IMG/VR virus record: IMGVR_UViG_3300042356_001097
Source of the DNA: an uncultured virus (IMG/VR IMGVR_UViG_3300042356_001097)
Lineage: Duplodnaviria; Heunggongvirae; Uroviricota; Caudoviricetes
Direction: 5' to 3' (one strand)
DNA length: 20,000 nt
The translations under genes were made by a program, and so were the position numbers. The notes beneath the pieces were generated by a model. The model saw only the letters and a list, made by a program, of their open reading frames with translations, ran no database searches and was not told the DNA's origin. Shown in pieces: positions 17,137 through 20,000 of the stretch; positions within the stretch are counted from its first letter, which is position 1; the number at the start of each line of letters is the position of its first letter.

Positions 17137-17213
17137 TTAGCTATAATCACCAATGAGTAATATGCACCAAGGATGATTAATAATGACCAAAGGAATGATT
17201 TAGAACTGTTCAT
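17133..17213 (-). CDS. Small membrane peptide (26 aa)
   Basis: MNSSKSFLWSLLIILGAYYSLVIIAK*; overlaps both neighbours. Confidence 0.5.
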   Translation of the reverse strand: MNSSKSFLWSLLIILGAYYSLVIIAK

Positions 17214-17346
17214 TGTCTATATCTTCATTTAGGTCAAAATCAAAGATATCTTCTTGCTTTCCCGCCCAATTTAAAAATTTAGACATAGCAAGACCTGAGA
17301 AGACTGCTGTCGCAGTTAACGCAATTAAAGCATAGATTTTCTTCAT
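17200..17346 (-). CDS. Small protein with N-terminal hydrophobic helix and acidic tail (48 aa)
   Basis: MKKIYALIALTATAVFSGLAMSKFLNWAGKQEDIFDFDLNEDIDNEQF*; ATGA overlap with the upstream gene. Confidence 0.65.
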   Translation of the reverse strand: MKKIYALIALTATAVFSGLAMSKFLNWAGKQEDIFDFDLNEDIDNEQF

Positions 17347-17492
17347 CGTCTTTTACAAGTACATTTCTTTTGTTTCATTTTACGCCACATCCATACGTGA
17401 TGAATAGCCATTAAACCCATAAGTATCCACATGACTTGCATTTCAGTTATTCCTGAACCTGTGGCTAATACTATATTCTCGTGATCGTGCAT
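17343..17492 (-). CDS. Small His/Met/Cys-rich membrane peptide (49 aa)
   Basis: MHDHENIVLATGSGITEMQVMWILMGLMAIHHVWMWRKMKQKKCTCKRR*; TGGTATATAAT lies just upstream. Confidence 0.65.
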   Translation of the reverse strand: MHDHENIVLATGSGITEMQVMWILMGLMAIHHVWMWRKMKQKKCTCKRR

Positions 17493-17512
17493 AATATTAT
17501 TATACCATAATC

Positions 17513-17623
17513 CTAGTCAACTGTAATATTTAATGCATGATCTGAACAGTAATAGATCATCTTACCTTCTAGAGTTAACTTAGATGTATAAGGGATCTTT
17601 TCGCAATATGTACAATAGTTCAT
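17513..17623 (-). CDS. Tiny zinc-finger protein (36 aa)
   Basis: MNYCTYCEK...YYCSDHALNITVD* (CxxC...CxxH); ATGA overlap with the HNH gene stop. Confidence 0.65.
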   Translation of the reverse strand: MNYCTYCEKIPYTSKLTLEGKMIYYCSDHALNITVD

Positions 17624-17904
17624 TTTGTCTTCTTCCCGTTTTTTCTTATATATGTTCTAGCTCTGTGGCAATTTGAACATACTATCTCACACTTGGCTAT
17701 TTCTTCATCCAAGCGTTTCTTGGATAACGTATTGATTAGTTCCGCCACATTTGAATGCTTAGTTCCACGGACATGATCAAAGTCCATCATATAATAGGGA
17801 TACCAAACCTTACAATCCATACAAGGATTCTTTTCTTTAATATCTTTTAAATAACGTGCCAGAGTTTCTTTTTGTTTCTTGATCGATATCTTCTCTGGAG
17901 ACAT
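17620..17904 (-). CDS. HNH endonuclease family protein
   Basis: CMDC...FDH...CEIVCSNCHRART; TATAAT 6 nt before the ATG. Confidence 0.85.
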   Translation of the reverse strand: MSPEKISIKKQKETLARYLKDIKEKNPCMDCKVWYPYYMMDFDHVRGTKHSNVAELINTLSKKRLDEEIAKCEIVCSNCHRARTYIRKNGKKTK

Positions 17905-17930
17905 ACCCCTATTATATTACAGATTACTTA

Positions 17931-18080
17931 TTAAACAATCTCAGTTGTGCTTACGAGAGTTTGCTCCATTGAGATTTGCTGAGCTTGTCCTTGTTCTAAC
18001 TTCGTTAAAGCTTCATCTTCTGAAGATGCCATAACTACTACTGTTAGTGCTAAGTCGTATTTGTATACGTTTAATGTCAT
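17931..18080 (-). CDS. Hypothetical protein (49 aa), not in the ORF track
   Basis: MTLNVYKYDLALTVVVMASSEDEALTKLEQG...EIV*; AGGA RBS and upstream TAGAAT. Confidence 0.7.
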   Translation of the reverse strand: MTLNVYKYDLALTVVVMASSEDEALTKLEQGQAQQISMEQTLVSTTEIV

Positions 18081-18088
18081 TGTTTATC

Positions 18089-18100
18089 CTAGTCGACTAG
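18089..18100. promoter_or_regulatory. Palindromic operator-like site CTAGTCGACTAG
   Basis: Perfect 12-bp palindrome between the -10 and the RBS; variants at 15502, 16674 and 17513. Confidence 0.5.
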
Positions 18101-18229
18101 TTTATACATTCTACTAAATGTTAGTAAAATATTTTTTTAGAGCTATAGATTCTATATTAGCTTTTATCTTTTTAATGATAACTTCCAGAATTTAAGCATA
18201 CAACCCCTATACCCCTTTTTGTATTTAAC

Positions 18230-18257
18230 AAAAAAAGAACCCCGAAATAGTCGGAGT
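18230..18257 (-). terminator. Intrinsic terminator
   Basis: ACTCCGA-CTATT-TCGGGGT followed by TCTTTTTTT on the - strand. Confidence 0.7.
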
Positions 18258-18390
18258 ATAAATCCGCCATTCATCGGTTGAACCTATAGTAGGCCTAGCT
18301 ATTATCTGAAAGATATTGTAGAATACAACTTCCGTCATCATCGCACTTGGAGTTTAACCCCTTGATATTATCTCCGAAAACTGTCCAAGG
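18230..18390 (-). ncRNA. Candidate structured small RNA (about 160 nt)
   Basis: Downstream of the promoter at 18396-18425; several short hairpins; ends in a terminator. Confidence 0.55.
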
Positions 18391-18395
18391 TTTAC

Positions 18396-18425
18396 AGTAT
18401 AGCATTGCGTATTTTCGTAAGTCAA
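18396..18425 (-). promoter_or_regulatory. Sigma70/SigA-type promoter
   Basis: TTGACT-18 nt (ending TGc)-TATACT. Confidence 0.7.
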
Positions 18426-18568
18426 TGGATCCAGGAAATATTTTTTCCCGCCCCCCTTTTTGAAATTTGAGAAAATGTTAATATTATTTTAATTTGTATG
18501 ATACACACCTTTAGCAATGTCCGTTTTGTCCGATAGTGCGCCCATAGGCTTATCGGGCTGAGCGTGAG

Positions 18569-18644
18569 TGTGATGCGACTCACAAAAGTTTTTTACCGAC
18601 ACGCCCGAGAAACGGGCATAAATGTCAGTCCCCTAGTGTAGAGT
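18569..18644 (+). promoter_or_regulatory. Composite early-type promoter 1 (CRP-like box, GACAC, ATGTCAG, -10)
   Basis: TGTGA-tgcgac-TCACA 18569-84; GACAC 18598; ATGTCAG-N10-TAGAGT 18622-44. Confidence 0.65.
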
Positions 18645-18678
18645 TATTACTATAAGAACAAACGAAAGGAGCAAATAA

Positions 18679-18888
18679 ATGCTCACTCAAAATACACTAG
18701 ACAAAATTGTCTATGAATACCAACACGGGGGCGTGAAGTCTAACCACCCCGAATTGACTACCTATGAGCGAAAGGCGTTGCTAAAACACTTATTCTCTCT
18801 CCCTACCTATTGCTCAAATTGCCACGGCAAGGGCGAGGTCTATGTCGGAAATGACGAGGACTTTACCATTGAGCCTTGTGTGGTATAA
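18679..18888 (+). CDS. Small early-type protein with CxxCxGxG motif
   Basis: GAAAGGAG RBS; CSNCHGKG. Confidence 0.75.
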   Translation: MLTQNTLDKIVYEYQHGGVKSNHPELTTYERKALLKHLFSLPTYCSNCHGKGEVYVGNDEDFTIEPCVV

Positions 18889-18944
18889 ATCACACACGAC
18901 ACTAGCCCCAAATGGGTCTAGATGTCAGTAGGTCGTGATAGTCT
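18879..18944 (+). promoter_or_regulatory. Composite early-type promoter 2
   Basis: TGTGG-tataaa-TCACA 18879-94; GACAC 18898; ATGTCAG-N10-TAGTCT 18922-44. Confidence 0.6.
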
Positions 18945-18970
18945 TACGACATACAAATAAATAAAGAATT

Positions 18971-19024
18971 AGAGCGTGAGCCTAGCAAATAATCCGAAAG
19001 GTGAGCCTAGCAAATAATCGCTCT
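18971..19024 (+). repeat. 19-bp direct repeat x2 inside a stem-loop (candidate 5'-UTR RNA motif)
   Basis: GTGAGCCTAGCAAATAATC at 18976 and 19001, closed by AGAGCG/CGCTCT outside and CC-GAAA-GG inside. Confidence 0.85.
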
Positions 19025-19063
19025 CAACAAAATAACCAACTAACGAAAAGGATAGAAAATAAA

Positions 19064-19213
19064 ATGACAATAACATACTCACTATGGGACGGGGCACAAT
19101 TCCTCGGTTTCTTCACCGCTACTAGCGCAGATGAAATGAATAAGACACTAACAGAACTACAAAAGGTTTCTAAAAATGTTGTAGCACATATGAGAAAGGT
19201 AGAACAAAACTAA
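19064..19213 (+). CDS. Hypothetical protein (49 aa)
   Basis: Likely true start MTITYSLW after GAAAAGGA; the GTG at 19001 lies inside the repeat. Confidence 0.75.
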   Translation: MTITYSLWDGAQFLGFFTATSADEMNKTLTELQKVSKNVVAHMRKVEQN

Positions 19214-19395
19214 TGACATACGCATACTCTTACAATACTAACTCAATAAATAAATATGAGTCAATACAATCCGATATATCGGACGCATACGCTTACCTTG
19301 ATGAGGTAGATGAGGAACAACCTCCCGTTGATGACTTTGATGATGTTGATGATGAAGAATTAGCAAAAGTATTCGCACTAAGTTGGGATAACTAA
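19213..19395 (+). CDS. Acidic hypothetical protein (60 aa)
   Basis: TAATG coupling to the upstream gene; D/E-rich C-terminal half. Confidence 0.75.
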   Translation: MTYAYSYNTNSINKYESIQSDISDAYAYLDEVDEEQPPVDDFDDVDDEELAKVFALSWDN

Positions 19396-19397
19396 TA

Positions 19398-19553
19398 ATG
19401 ACAATAAGCGGAATACTACTAGAACTAAACGACTACGGATTAGAGTTAGATAGTTTCTTAGGGGCTATCTATCTACCTTGGCACACTATTATTCTTACCG
19501 CTCTAGCGGTAGTAGCGTATAAGGCTTATAAGAAATGGAGTAATCGTAAATGA
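19398..19553 (+). CDS. Small membrane protein (51 aa)
   Basis: MTISGILLELNDYGLELDSFLGAIYLPWHTIILTALAVVAYKAYKKWSNRK*. Confidence 0.7.
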   Translation: MTISGILLELNDYGLELDSFLGAIYLPWHTIILTALAVVAYKAYKKWSNRK

Positions 19554-19660
19554 CTACTAATCGCATACTAACTACGCTAGTCCAATTAGGTATCGGTATC
19601 CCCGCCCTAATTATGCTACGCCTAGTAATTCGTGATCTAATTCACAATAAATTACGCTAA
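19550..19660 (+). CDS. Small membrane peptide (36 aa)
   Basis: MTTNRILTTLVQLGIGIPALIMLRLVIRDLIHNKLR*; ATGA overlap. Confidence 0.65.
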   Translation: MTTNRILTTLVQLGIGIPALIMLRLVIRDLIHNKLR

Positions 19661-19755
19661 CGCTACGGCGTGTCGGCTTGACAATGTCAAGCTGGCCCGC
19701 AAAGGCACGGGGTCGGGCGTGTCGTTACGGATACGTTATAGAGCCCCTGGAATTT

Positions 19756-19832
19756 TGTGAGATTTATCACATAAAAAGATTTCTTGAAATACGGCGTGTC
19801 GTGTTGATAATGTCGGGGTGCTCGTGTATAAT
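19756..19832 (+). promoter_or_regulatory. Composite early-type promoter 3
   Basis: TGTGA-gattta-TCACA 19756-71; GTGTC (inverted GACAC) 19796; ATGTCGG-N10-TATAAT 19810-32. Confidence 0.7.
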
Positions 19833-19864
19833 ACCATTATAACCAACAACGAAAGGTCGATAAA

Positions 19865-19993
19865 ATGACACTTGATGAATACAAGGCTTATGTAGAAGCC
19901 ACACGCAAGGAAAGCCTATTGAAGGCTATCGCAACAATGTCAGAGGCTAATGATAAGATGTCCTCTCTATTCAATACTAAGGAGGCAGACTAA
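19865..19993 (+). CDS. Hypothetical protein (42 aa)
   Basis: GAAAGG RBS; MTLDEYKAYVEATRKESLLKAIATMSEANDKMSSLFNTKEAD*; the next ATG at 19994 runs off the window. Confidence 0.7.
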   Translation: MTLDEYKAYVEATRKESLLKAIATMSEANDKMSSLFNTKEAD

Positions 19994-20000
19994 ATGGGTT

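Noticed and set aside
17620..17904. HNH as part of a mobile intron or intein
   Set aside because: Free-standing short gene with its own -10; no interrupted host gene around it.
18225..18341. 38-codon ORF MMTEVVFYNIFQ... on the - strand
   Set aside because: No SD and it reads through the terminator U tract; an RNA role is preferred, though translation is not excluded.
16700..18450. tRNA or tmRNA genes in the non-coding stretches
   Set aside because: No cloverleaf with a T-loop GTTCRA and matching acceptor stem found by eye.
18976..19019. Mini CRISPR array
   Set aside because: Only two 19-bp copies separated by 6 nt; no spacer-length sequence and no cas genes.

Overview
AT-rich fragment of a large tailed dsDNA phage genome, most likely infecting freshwater Actinobacteria (inferred from gene content, leaderless starts and CRP-box/GACAC motifs). 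1-13027 (- strand) is a virion tail-fibre/adhesin cluster: collagen-like fibres, two fibres with Mtd-like N-termini, a cupredoxin-tipped fibre, and a 448-aa protein with a 50-cysteine mirror-symmetric insert followed by a four-gene accessory module. Then come a holin-like gene, a class II (B12) ribonucleotide reductase, a divergent lytic-transglycosylase operon, two candidate promoter-to-terminator small RNAs, a run of tiny coupled membrane-peptide genes and an HNH nuclease. From about 18.5 kb is a + strand early-type region of small genes behind repeated composite promoters. The strongest novelty candidate is the Cys 'ladder' hairpin protein with its module; next are the candidate ncRNAs. All family calls come from motif recognition by eye, not database searches.
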